DNA of 62,936 bases, counting the filler, from Collodictyon triciliatum (Eukaryota): the NCBI GenBank assembly GCA_043381765.1. It is 8 parts of 8 records of this genome, joined end to end, with 100 filler letters (N's around TTAATTAATTAA, not from the genome) between each part and the next. Parts side by side here need not be neighbours in the genome. Positions count along the whole stretch, not along the records: positions 27,490 to 36,551 come from JBHJMP010003181.1; positions 36,652 to 45,711 come from JBHJMP010003182.1; positions 45,812 to 54,860 come from JBHJMP010003183.1; 5 more parts are not named here. One strand, 5' to 3'. Made by a program: the position numbers and the translations under genes. The notes under the pieces were generated by a model that made no database searches, was not told the DNA's origin, and worked only from the letters and a program-made list of their open reading frames with translations. Below are positions 34,059 to 52,700 of the stretch, in pieces. Each line of letters opens with the position of its first letter. Positions within the stretch are counted from its first letter, which is position 1.

Positions 34059-36551
34059 ACCAACTTCATTATCAGATTGGAATCATACCCGAAATCATCG
34101 GCAAAGTTAAAGGCCTGCGAGGTGGACTGAATATCCAAGGAAATCCCATCAAAAATATAACAGAGAACGTTCTCAGAAATGGGTCTGAAGCAGTCTTTGA
34201 TTTCATAGCAAACTCCATGAAGGGGGTTGTAAAATGGACACAAGGAAGACTCCTATTATTGGGTGAAGCAAATGCTGGGAAAACAACCCTCACTAAATCA
34301 ATAACCCAAAAAAAAATGTTTTTCAAGAACATGACAGACCGGCAGCGCGAGCGAACTGATGGTATCGCTCATGTTGATATCGATGAGTCAGCGATGGGTG
34401 GATTATTCAAGACAAAGATATCTGTGCGAATTTGGGACTTTGGAGGGCAAGAGGAGTTCCAAGTGACACACCCATTCTTTTTGTCATCAGGCGCCCTCGT
34501 TTTAATCCTTTACAGACTCGACCAAGGCAAGGAGAAGAACAATCTAAGCCGCTGGGTCAAAATGCTTGATGACTTTGCACCTGGCTCAAGAATCATAATT
34601 GCTGGGACTCACAAAGATTGTCAAAACCGGGTCTATAAGCAAGAAATGATGAAAGATATCGAACGAATCAAGAAAGAAAATGAGCTGAAACCGGATGAAA
34701 AGGCTCGCCACATCTTCATCAATACAGATTTAAAAGTGAGTAACAAAAGTGGAACAAAAATTTCAGATTTGAAAGAAGAGATATACGAAGGAATGATGAC
34801 ACTTGATAACATGAACAAGGACTTTCCAAAAACATACATCGGGCTGAAAGACTATCTGAATTCAAAAAGTCAAATATCAAAGTACGAACGAATCCAAGAC
34901 ACTTACGATTTTGCCGAGAAGCAGCTGGGTATGGACAGAAATGGATGCGAAAGTGCTCTCAAATTCCTCCACGACCTCGGCTCGGTCGTTTGGTATTCTT
35001 CATTCGAAAATGTCAAAGACATTATATTTTTAGACCCGCTATTTCTCATCAACATTTTTCGCTGTGTCTTCAGCTTCAAAGGCATCGGGAAGGACACAAG
35101 CGGCATCATTTTGTTGAGCAAGCTAAAAGACCAAATCAAACAAGAACTGAATGCAGAACTAGACGAACATGTGTTCAATACAATTCTTCGAATCTTTGAC
35201 CATTTCGGCCTTGGGATTCAATTCAACAGAGAATGCATCGCCTTTCCCTCATTGATGGAAGATTGCCAAAATCTCAAAGCCTTATGGAATGAGAAACCAG
35301 AGTCAAACTGCATTGCAGAAACCTCTGTAGAAATAATCACCAATGGTGAGATCCAGCTCTCTGACAAAAGTAACGTCGTCATGCAAGCGCTTCGTTTGAC
35401 AAAAGAGGCACAAGCTGGAGTTCAATATGACGACCAGTTTTTCAGAGATGTAGCGTTCATACATCTGAATGCTTCGTACAAAACAGGAACGGATGAAATT
35501 CAACTGCTTCCTGGAGACGGTTTGATTATTTTGTATCAAATCCACCAGAAGCATATTTCAGTCAAGATTAGAAAATACGAAAATGATGTTCATGATGGTG
35601 ATAGAATCGTCAGGATTTTTGACATTCTTTCAACCTTCATCAAACAAATATCATCAATTCGACCAAATTTTGTGGAAGCATATCGATTTGAATGTCCTGA
35701 ATGCCAGCGTCGTGGATTAGGCGGTTATATTCAAACATCGGCAAAGATAGATGAATCAGAATTGAAGGTGTGTAACAAGAGCCATCAATTGGATGCGAGT
35801 GCAGTAAAGCAAGGGCGCGTCTATCTGGAACAAGGTTTATTATAATAAATATAATCAAAAAATTAATTTTTAACTTAATAGTAATTTGATTAAATATTAT
35901 CGAAAACTAGTAAATCATTTTATACTTGAAAAAAGGGATTTCAAGGAGATTCACCTCTGTGGTGAGAGAAAAAAAGAAAAAGAAGCCGCAATCTGCTGAA
36001 GCAATTCGTGAGCTTGATTCAATCGACCGAGAATTAACAGACGAATGGATTCATGAAAAAATAGAACTGTCAGGTTATCTCGCAAAGGGGGCTTATGGGC
36101 GAGTTTATACAACAATGCTCGAAGGAAAAAGTGCTGTGGTGAAAATCCAAACTATGCAGAAGAGCAAGGAGCAGACCCTCAGTGAGGTGATTCAATCGCT
36201 CATTTTTGAAAGCAAGTATCTGCATGAATGCAAGGAATGTGAAAATATAGTAAAATTATTTGGTGTTTATCGTAAAGATGACGACTTTTACATGATTATG
36301 GAGAATGCAGGCTTTTCGTTGAAAGCGATGTTGGAGAAGAAAAATATCAAGCCAACATTATCTCAAATAATTTCTTACACAAAACAATTGTGCAAAGGTT
36401 TCATTTTTATGCATTCTAAAAATCTGTATCACGAGGATTTGAAGGCTGATAATGTTATGATTGTGGGTGAAACAACAGTAAAAATTGTAGATTTTGGGAT
36501 AGTGAGCCGTCGTGAAGTTGATAAAGTCGGGTCAAACTTACCGACGAGATT
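27815..36551 (+). CDS. Roco protein: LRR array - ROC GTPase - COR - Ser/Thr kinase (LRRK/Roco family), 3'-partial
   Basis: ATG at 27815, then 26 exons before the ROC-COR exon. The large exon 34076-35834 has P-loop GEANAGKTT, RTDGI, WDFGGQ, GTHKD, VSNK and COR ALKFLHDLGSVVWY...IFLDP. A phase-1 intron leads to 35936 and the kinase (LAKGAYGRV, VVK, YHEDLKADN, DFG). Truncated by the contig end. Confidence 0.95.
29105..29149 (+). mobile_element. Family-2 micro retro-insertion in a Roco intron
   Basis: CCCTCGGTCCTGCACAAAATTGAAAGGAAGAATAAAAAAAAATAA flanked by a perfect 17-bp TSD ATGAAATTAGACATTCC (29088-29104 / 29150-29166). Confidence 0.85.
32591..32671 (-). mobile_element. Family-1 retro-insertion (longest copy, about 80 bp) in a Roco intron
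   Basis: Reverse complement TCTCTCTCATGCGCTCCCATCCCGCCTCCTAGTATGGCATAACCTCGCTACACTTTGAATCGAATAAAGGAAAAAAAA. TSD AGTGGAACACTTA (32578-32590 / 32672-32684). Paralogous introns starting at 31311 and 32228 carry the empty site. Confidence 0.9.
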
Positions 36552-36651
36552 NNNNNNNNNNNNNNNNNNNNNNNNNNNNNNNNNNNNNNNNNNNNTTAAT
36601 TAATTAANNNNNNNNNNNNNNNNNNNNNNNNNNNNNNNNNNNNNNNNNNNN

Positions 36652-36734
<83 letters not shown>

Positions 36735-36750
36735 AACCACACAGGAAAAC

Positions 36751-37932
36751 ATGGCACCCGGCACGGACGACCCGACCCGAGAGGCAGGCGAGGGACCGGC
36801 AGAGACGGACGGAGCAGAGCGAGCAGCCCCGGAGGCACTGATCCAACTCGGGGAGCACGCGATCACGAAGCTCACGACTCGCACAAAGCGCCGATTGCAC
36901 GGGGACACGTCGGAGGACTCATCCGGCGACTCCGTAGACCCCATCCCCATCCACAGCCACAGCCACAGCCACAGCCACAGCCACATCCCCGGACATGATG
37001 GGAGCATCGCCACAGCCACAGCCACAGCCACAGCCACAGGTGCGGTTGTGGACGGCAACGGGGCGGCGGCGGAGGCAGAGGGCGGGACGGGCAAGCGGAG
37101 CAAGCGGGGCCCGCAGTACTGGACGCTGGAGGAGGACGAGGCGCTGTGCCGGGCGGTGCGGGAGGCCGGGCGGGAGGGGTGGCACGCGGTGGCTGCGCAT
37201 GCGCGGGGGGTTCTCGGGCAGCGGCGGACGGCGGAGCAGTGCTGCCATCGCTGGCACCGCGTGCTGAACCCGCGCATCAGCCGCGCAGAGTGGACGCCGG
37301 ACGAGGACGCGCGCCTGGGCTCGCTGGTTGCTGCGCACGGGGCCAGCCACTGGAAGCGCCTTGCGCAGCTGCTGCCCGGCCGCACGGACCAGCAGTGCCG
37401 CTACCGCTGGCATCAGATCTCACAATCACAGTTACCATCACAATCACAATCCCAATCACAGTTGCCATCACAATCACAGTCGCAGTCGCAGAGGCCCAAG
37501 ATGATGCAGCGCGCTTCCCACGCCCGCCGCGACTTCCGCGACCGCACCGTGGCCACCAAAGGCGGCTTCGTCATCGACGTGTGGCATCTGCGGCCGCAGG
37601 CAAACGCCCTGGCCATCGAGGTCGCCGCGTCGCAGTCGCCCGTGCAGCTGCCGTCCATCGAGGACTACGTCGACATGCCCACCCGCGTCGGCCGCTCCCG
37701 CCCGCTCCTCCCGCCCGCTGCCCTCCCCCGCCTGCCGCCCCCGTCCGTCCCTTGCAAGGCCCTCGCAGATGCGCATCCCGATGCCAATCCCGATGCCGAT
37801 GCTGATGCCGATGCCGATTCGGTATCTGCCATCGAGGCTGCTGTGTCCATTGTCGACCCGGTCGACCTGCCCTCCCAGAAGGACGCGTCTGCCTCTGTGG
37901 CTCAGGAGAAGCTTGCTGCAGATGCCCTGTAG
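36751..37932 (+). CDS. R2R3-type Myb DNA-binding protein, single exon
   Basis: 393-aa ORF with WTLEEDEAL...WHAVA...RTAEQCCHRWHRVLNP and WTPDEDARL...WKRLAQLLPGRTDQQCRYRW; HS, AT, SQ and DA low-complexity runs; TAG stop. Confidence 0.93.
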   Translation: MAPGTDDPTREAGEGPAETDGAERAAPEALIQLGEHAITKLTTRTKRRLHGDTSEDSSGDSVDPIPIHSHSHSHSHSHIPGHDGSIATATATATATGAVVDGNGAAAEAEGGTGKRSKRGPQYWTLEEDEALCRAVREAGREGWHAVAAHARGVLGQRRTAEQCCHRWHRVLNPRISRAEWTPDEDARLGSLVAAHGASHWKRLAQLLPGRTDQQCRYRWHQISQSQLPSQSQSQSQLPSQSQSQSQRPKMMQRASHARRDFRDRTVATKGGFVIDVWHLRPQANALAIEVAASQSPVQLPSIEDYVDMPTRVGRSRPLLPPAALPRLPPPSVPCKALADAHPDANPDADADADADSVSAIEAAVSIVDPVDLPSQKDASASVAQEKLAADAL

Positions 37933-38735
37933 TCTTGTTCTTTTCTCTTCTTTTGTTTCAACTTCTTTTTTTTTCTGTTGAGAGATGCGAGAAACAAACA
38001 AACAGACAGACAGACAGACAGAAAGGATATGGCAGCTGTCTCTTCCGCATCTTGTTTTTTTATTTTTTTTTTTTATTTTGTCCCCGCTTGATTATGCCCT
38101 TTCTTATCTCGCTTTGCTTTTCTGCCTTCGTCTATACACCTACTCCGCTCTGCTTCGGCTGGCTCTTGATTACATGCGCGCATATGTGTGGCGTCCTCCC
38201 TGATTACAATGATGTTCTTCTTAGCCTCGTGTGGGTTTGTATCCTGAGCTGGTGCTTCTAATTCCTTTTCCTTTTTTTTTTCCTTTTTTTCCTTGTCCTT
38301 ATCTTACTGGTAGCGGCACCTATTGTTTTGATAGCGCTTTGTCGAGTCGGAGTGATTGGCTCCAGTGTTGAAAGAGAGAGAGAAAGGATAGAAATGACGA
38401 CGAACCACAGATATGCAGAAAAGAGAAAGCAGAGAGAAAGCAAACACACGCTTTGTGATAATACCAAAGACCGATTGCGCACCCACAACATCTTCCCCCT
38501 CAAAGCGAACAACCCCAACCACCACCACAACGCCTCTCACTCGTCAAAACCATATGCGAAAGCACAAGTCCTGCCGCAAACTAACCTCTCTTCTCTTCTC
38601 TTTTTTTTTTTTTTAAAAAAAAAAACAACCACAAACTGAAAACTCAGCTCCCAGCTTCCTTCTTTCCCCCCTCTCTCTTCTCTTCTCTTCTCTTTCTCTT
38701 CTTTTTTTTTCCCTACTCTTTTTTCCTACTCTCCC

Positions 38736-45654
<6,919 letters not shown>

Positions 45655-45811
45655 TAATTTAAAAAAAATTTTTTATTTATTTTTTTTTTTTTATTTTTTT
45701 AAAAATAAAAANNNNNNNNNNNNNNNNNNNNNNNNNNNNNNNNNNNNNNNNNNNNTTAATTAATTAANNNNNNNNNNNNNNNNNNNNNNNNNNNNNNNNN
45801 NNNNNNNNNNN

Positions 45812-45904
45812 GTATGTATGTATGTATGTATGTATGTATGTATGTATGTATGTATGTATGTATGTATGTATGTATGTATGTATGTATGTATGTATGTATG
45901 TATG
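45812..45904. repeat. (TATG)n microsatellite at contig start
   Basis: Direct inspection. Confidence 0.95.
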
Positions 45905-46461
45905 TGTGCGCGACGAAAGCCTGCCGAAGGATTTTCGCACCCTTACCAGAAAAACAGTAATGACATATGCGTATTAGGCAACCAACCCATAATAAAACTT
46001 CAGAGTACAGACAATATTCCAATCCTTGAAAGTTTCATTGAAAAACAAAGTATGGAACAAATAATGCGAGCGCGATCCAGTCTCTGAATCCTGATCATCC
46101 GCCCTCCAAAAAGCACCGTCGCCGCGATCCTCTATTAGTGTTGGACTCTAGAGAAACACGCCTGCAGAAAGAATACAAAGTATTCCGTATGTCTCCAATC
46201 TATCATTGACATTGTCCCTTTTTTTTTTCTCATTTCTCTTTCTCTTTTCTCTTTTCTCTTTTTTTTCTCATTTCTCTTTCTCTTTTCTCTTTTTTCTCTT
46301 TTTTTCTCTTTTTTTCTCTTTTTTTCTCTTTTTTTCTCTTTTTTTCTCTTTTTTTCTCTTTTTCTTTTCTCTTTTTCTTTTCTCTTCTTCTTGTTTCCTG
46401 TTCCTTGTGTCTCTTCTCAGCTACTGCATGACTAACAACACTTTAGAGCTAATACAGGATA

Positions 46462-49086
46462 ATGGAGGCCCCCATTTATCTCACAGTCTATCCGTCAGCC
46501 AGGGACAGTTTTTTTCAGTACGTTCCGCAGTATTTTCAACTACGATTCATAAAGAAAATATCAGAAAACTGCTCCGAGTTTTCAGGCCCCCAGCAGTCTG
46601 TTAGGCACTACCTATCACAGATGATTTACACCATTCCGAATGATCAATACAACTCGCAAGTATAAAAAAATAATACATCGCCCAGCCTTAATCCCCGCAT
46701 CTGTCTCTAAAAGTGCTTGTAGACGAAATGCGTTGAACTCATATAAATAATTTCTAGATTATCTTCACAGCATGTCCACTTCCTAACAGAGCTGATTTTG
46801 TGGCCTTCATCCACAACATGACTTCGACTGCTGATGAAAAAGAACCTGAGCAAGAACCTGCTTCAGTCTCTTTCCCTCAATCATCCACAGGTACCTACGA
46901 CCCCCCAGTGGCGTTGAAAGATTTGAAGTCATTTCAATCATCCGCATTTGCATCTTCATTTGTGGAGGAATTTCGAGGCGCCTCATTGGTGCCTTCAGCC
47001 ATAGACATCGGGGTGTCCAGATCAGAAGCCACAGATACACAACCGCTAACAAGTTCACCCTCACTCTCTTCCAAAGTAATACCCACGTATTCTTCGAATC
47101 TGTATGATCAACACCATCAAAAACCCCTCTCGCTCGATGAAGAACACAGCAAATTACCAGGTAATGGTCTCCAGAGTTCCATAGCTTCACAGCATCCAGC
47201 AACTTCCAATAAGCAAGAGGGAGCCTCTGTTTTACGGCCGTCTTTTAACAGGAACGGGTCGTCTGGGATTGACATCGTTTCGGGGCCTAGTGGCAAGGTG
47301 ACCAATCCTTTACCTGAGAAATTGAACCTCAAAGAGAGCTTCATGGCTTGTGAACTTGGATATAGCCATTCTTTGCCAACATTAGCATTTAAAAAATTCC
47401 AAGAGTCAGACTTTGCATTTGACAATATAAAGCATATAATGAGTACTTCAGACTTCCCAAAAGGCAATCATATCTATGAAAAGGAGTGGGTGTCTGAACT
47501 ATGGTTGAGCGCATACAATAGATACACTCAAAATGTTGACCTTGCCAGAAATAAAGAGGAACGCGATGTGGAGATGGCGAATGTCAAGCGCATGAGGATT
47601 CTAGTCATGCTCAATACCATCAAATGCATTCAGGAAAAGGGCTATACTTCAAAATCAGGACATAGAGTAAAGTTACCAACTATTAACAGTGAGGCTACAA
47701 TATTTTATGGCGATGTACCAAGGATTTCTAAAGTAGAAAAGGCATGTATGCCAACTAAAGTTTCTGTTTTCAATGAGGAATGTCTGATTGTGGCTCAAAT
47801 TCTCAAGAATGACCACCCAGAATATCGTGTATGCGTGTTGAATATGGCATCCATATTTTGTCCAGGAGGGGGCTATAAAAGAGGAGATAGTGGGCAGGAA
47901 GAAGGTCTTTTCAGGGTATCAAATTATTGTGCTGCTCTTGACTCGACATGGGATAGCCATAATCCCCAGTCAGAAGGAAAAGCATATGGTTATCCATTGT
48001 ATGTGCATGGGGGAGCGTATACTAGTAATGTCACTGTGTTCAGAGGTGCAGAAAGAACTGGATACGAGCTCCTGGACGTTCCTTTTGAATGCGACTTTGT
48101 TGCTGTCAACGCCATAAAGAACGAAGCTGGCCGTCCTTTTTCTGATGGTGATGTCGCTCTTACACGGATAAAAATCCGTGCTATGTTCGGAATGGCCTTA
48201 CGTAAAGGAGTAAATGTTCTGGTTCTCGGAGCCCTTGGTTGTGGGACAAATCGTAATAGTCCGGAAGTTGTTTTAGAGTGTTTTGATAGCGTTCTAACTG
48301 AATTTGGCAACGCTTTCAAGAAAGTAGCTTTATGTTTTATATGTTTTCTATTCTTTCATGCTCTACTTTTCATGCGACAAAAATAATCAGCTCTTTCCTA
48401 ATCAAAATTCAAACTTACTCTAGATTGTTTTCGCGGTCACTGATAAAAGCCCAAGCCAGGAGAACTTCAGAGTATTCAGTCAACTGCATGAAAAAGCGTA
48501 CAAAGCACCCAAGGTAGCTGCACAATTTACCCCTAGTTGCGAGATTGGTGCCAAGTGTCTCAGACTTAATGACGACGGGCATCAATCTCAATACTCACAT
48601 CCCCCACTTTGTCCTAATCAAAGTTGCAAAAGCCGGGACCCTGCGCATCTAGTGCTGTTTTTGCATCCTGAATTGAATGCTCCACCAGCACAAGGATTAC
48701 GCAGCTCGCAACGAAATGATGGTACCCAAAATCATAGAAGCAGAGCTTTGCCATCATGCCCACTTGAAGGCACTGATTACTGGTGTGTTGAGGCATATAA
48801 CAAAAGAAGTGAACACTTTAAAGAATTTCAGCACATGTGCAGATACATAGGAAATTGCAAGGATATTCATGACGAGGAGCACTCACGATTATACAACCAT
48901 AAGCAACTACCAGGGTGTCCTGATGGCCTTGATTGCAAAAAGACGTTAGACTATAAACACCGCCTGTCGTATCACCACCCCAACCTACCTGCCATAATGA
49001 TTCCATGTCGATGCGATTCTGCTTCTTTGTGTGAAGAATCGAATGAAACGAAGCACAAACTTCTCTACAAGCACAAATACAATTAA
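46462..49086 (+). CDS. Microbial-type PARG (DUF2263/TIGR02452 macrodomain) with six C-terminal PBZ-like CCHH fingers; 5' end uncertain
   Basis: VCVLNMAS...PGGGYKRGDSGQEE (PARG GGG-x7-QEE signature), YTSNVTVFRG, VLVLGALGCG. Intron 48324-48423 joins FKK to IVFAV, and the last exon stays open to TAA at 49086. Further upstream exons are likely (about 46020-46180). Confidence 0.88.
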
Positions 49087-49708
49087 TGCCTCTTCAGATA
49101 GATGATATGCCTCTCTCGTTGGTCTTTTAGTATTCTGACGTAGAGAAAGAGCGAAAAAAAGAAAAGAAAAGGACCGAATTTGCTCTTCATCGCACCTAAC
49201 CCCGAAATAAAAAATCAAACAGCCATCCACCTTTCAACCCAAGAACTCATTCACGTTGCAGTGGGTGATTGGTCTTTGACATCTACTTGCATTTTTTTTT
49301 TTTTTTCATTTTTCAGAAAACATAGAAGCTGATTAGAATGCACGCTCAGTTGTATGTCATCCATTCAGGCGCGTTCACATCACTACCTCCTCTCCCAGTT
49401 TCCGTAGACACGAATTCTCCGAATTGCGTGACAACTTCAAATATTAAAAAAAACATAGAATTGAATCTAAATATTTCTCGCTGGGATAAATCTTTCTTAA
49501 AATTATCTCAAAATGCTAAATTATCATCAATTCCACATATAATTTAGTCTTGTGGGAGACAGCTTAGTCAAATGGCAGAACCACAAAACCTAATCTGGAA
49601 TTGTTCCCATTCCCTCGGACACTCGATCAACCCACCGGCGATCCGCGACCTTTTCTGCGTCTCGGCGAGTCCAGCAGATGCAGAGGGATACATTCAGCAA
49701 AGGGAATC

Positions 49709-52700
49709 ATGGCGTCAAAAGCAAAATCACACAAACACGCTTACGAGCGTGAATGTCTGCTTCACCAGTCTGCGTGAGGAAAGTTTTTTTTTTTTCTCCT
49801 TATTTTTCTCACATATGCTTTTCCAGCCTGTTCGACCTTTCCACAGTCAACTCGAAGTAGCAACGAACTTGTCGGGACGTGGCCGATGACAGGTTTCTTT
49901 GCCTATCTTATTCCGTAGTTTAAAGGAATTTTTTATACTTTTTTTTTTTTTTACTCTGCGTTGGAACGTATAGTCCAGTCACATGCAATATCACATTAAA
50001 CTGGAACGCTTTATTGAAAGTCCCACGAATAAGTCATTTGCAAGAGATATTACTCTTACTTACCTCTATTCCACTTACAACATAAATACTTAAACTTCGA
50101 CAACGACACTGCGTAGACTACCTAATTGACTTTGCATACTCGAATAATGATGAGGTTAAAATGAGTCTGGTTGATTCCTTTCTGGAGCTGGCAGAAAGAG
50201 GTACACTTTTCGTGTCTTTTAAGGGGACGCAGCGATGTTGTCCGATGTATTTCTTTTCCAAGTGCATCAATATTTCTTTTTTAAAAAAAACGATTTCTTG
50301 ACTAAAGGAAAATACTTTATTAATCGGAAATGAGCCTATTGCAAAGAGAATGTCCTTATAACATAGTGATATTGTCCTAGCGAAAGATGTTATGAGGATT
50401 TGTTTTATTCGTTTATGCAACACTATTTTCCGTTATGTAGTTTGTTTAATAAACTTTTTTTTTATTGATTGCAAGAAGAAAATATGCATCATGAAACTCT
50501 TCTACAATACGAACAATTGAAAGCTGTGGTCTTTCTTGTTTCACAACCTGGGTCGCTGAGCATCCGCTCAAAGGCTGCAAAAATTTTATCCTTCCTTTGT
50601 AAATCAGGTATTTCTGAATGAAATAAAACCAACTTTCCTCCTCATTTTCCTTTTTCCATTTATATATCTTGCCTCCCCACTTCCAAGACAAAAGCGACAC
50701 ATACATATTTAATGAAAGTTTACTTTAAATTTAGCAATAGGAGCTGGTCTTGTGGATGATAAGGGTGGTATCAAGGTTTACTTTTCAATCTCTATTACAT
50801 TATTCATATCCTTTTATATATGCGTGTATCTATTTCCTTCATCTACGTTCGCTCCCTCTGATATTTACTTGAAAAAGCAGTCAAATTATTAATTTAGTTA
50901 GAATAAACCGAAAAAAAAAGTAACGCAATAACCACTATAAAACACCATAGATGATTTATTCACATTTGCAATATTCTTTTCTTTTTTTTTTTTTGCCAAA
51001 TGTTTTATTGTAAGCTATATTTTGACGGAATTAGGCATGCTCTACATTTTGTTTAATCGAGCCTGAAGATCAGTCGTTCGCTTTGCTCACCCTTGCAAAC
51101 TTTTGTGAATATGGTAAAATAGACCTTATTGTATGTGTGTATGAATATTAGTGCCCTGGATTTTCATGTGTATTCATAATTCGAGCAAAAAGTATCGCAT
51201 ACTATGGTTAATTTTTTGAGTATATTTTAGTTCGATATGCAAATCCAAATTTCTCTTATTTCATCAGTTATCACTACTTATCAAATATCATTTTCCCCTT
51301 TAGCATCCGAGAGTCGGATTGTACATCACTCGATTGTTCCTTTATTTGTTAACCAAATGCAAACTCGCCAAGATATTCAAGCAATTAAGTACTGTCTGCT
51401 AGGAGTTCGAAATTGTACAAGAATAGGTCTTTTTGTTTTTTGTTTTTGTTTTTATTTTTGTTTTTGTTTTATTTCATCAAATATAGACGCCCATAAGTTT
51501 GAAGTTAAAATGATTATTTGACCTTCCAATATTTTTCCTTTTAACTGATTACTAATGAGGCATGCATAGATGATGTATTAATTGGCCCTTTTTCCTTACT
51601 ATAAATCTTACCCTTGGCTTCATTAGTATCACTTCAGGCCCAATTCAAGACCAAATATTTCTTTCAGAGCCTTGGTAGAATCGTTAAAATGAGGGATGAC
51701 GGAATCAAGATTCTCTTATCATCCGTTTTGCAAAACATGTCTAGATATCTGTGTAAGTGTCATTCGATTGGGATTTATATTTTTGAAATATGTTTTTGAG
51801 AACATGTAGGTGTTACTTATTTTGTGGAAGTATTTGAACCTTAACTTACTCATTCCAAAATAGTTGATGAAGCGTCTGTATTCAAATCTGATGTGAGCAT
51901 TTTCATGGGGATTATATCCTGCTTGATGAAAGCCAAAGATGTAGAAGCTCAATGCGCAGTTGCTCAACTAATCCTCGTCTTGTGTGAGAACGGTATCTTC
52001 GTTTTAATATTAGTTTACCTATTTTTTCTGTTCAGTAGCCAGAAAAATAAAAAATAAAAAAGGGAAAGAAAAGAAGTTGCATAAAGCCCGAAGGATAAAC
52101 ATAAACTCATCAAAATAATTATTGCAGTCACGCAAATTTTATTTGTTTTCCTAAAAAAAAAAAGGTGAGTTCCTAAAGAAGATTATGGTGGATAAGGACG
52201 GTTTTCTGAAATCATTTTCACAGCTTGCAAAGTAAATTCTGTTTCATCAACCAGTTGAAGTAAACTCTTAATATTGTTTTCAGCGAAATACTCTCATCAC
52301 ACGAACTATTTCTTCTTTGTTAGGTCGAAGGACCGTGATACTCTATTAAACATTGTACGAATCATCGTACTTTTCATGGAAAAAGGTTCAAAGATACAAA
52401 CTTTTTCTCGTGAAAGCACTTTTTCTACATGCGCTGCTTATTTCTCTCTTGATGACCTAATTACCATGTTTGATTTTTGTACATATTCGAGTGAGTTAAA
52501 AAATCATTACTCAGTGAACGCGGTTACCCTTTTAACAAATAGCATTTTATGAACAATAACATTCTAGATCGGAAAACATGGTCAACACTCGATATCAGGT
52601 TCATAGAAGGCATACTTACCTTGCTCGAGAGCGGAGAATTTAATTGCGAATCTGAGTCGATCAAGTTACTTTGCAGATTATCGGACATAGGTAGTTTCAT

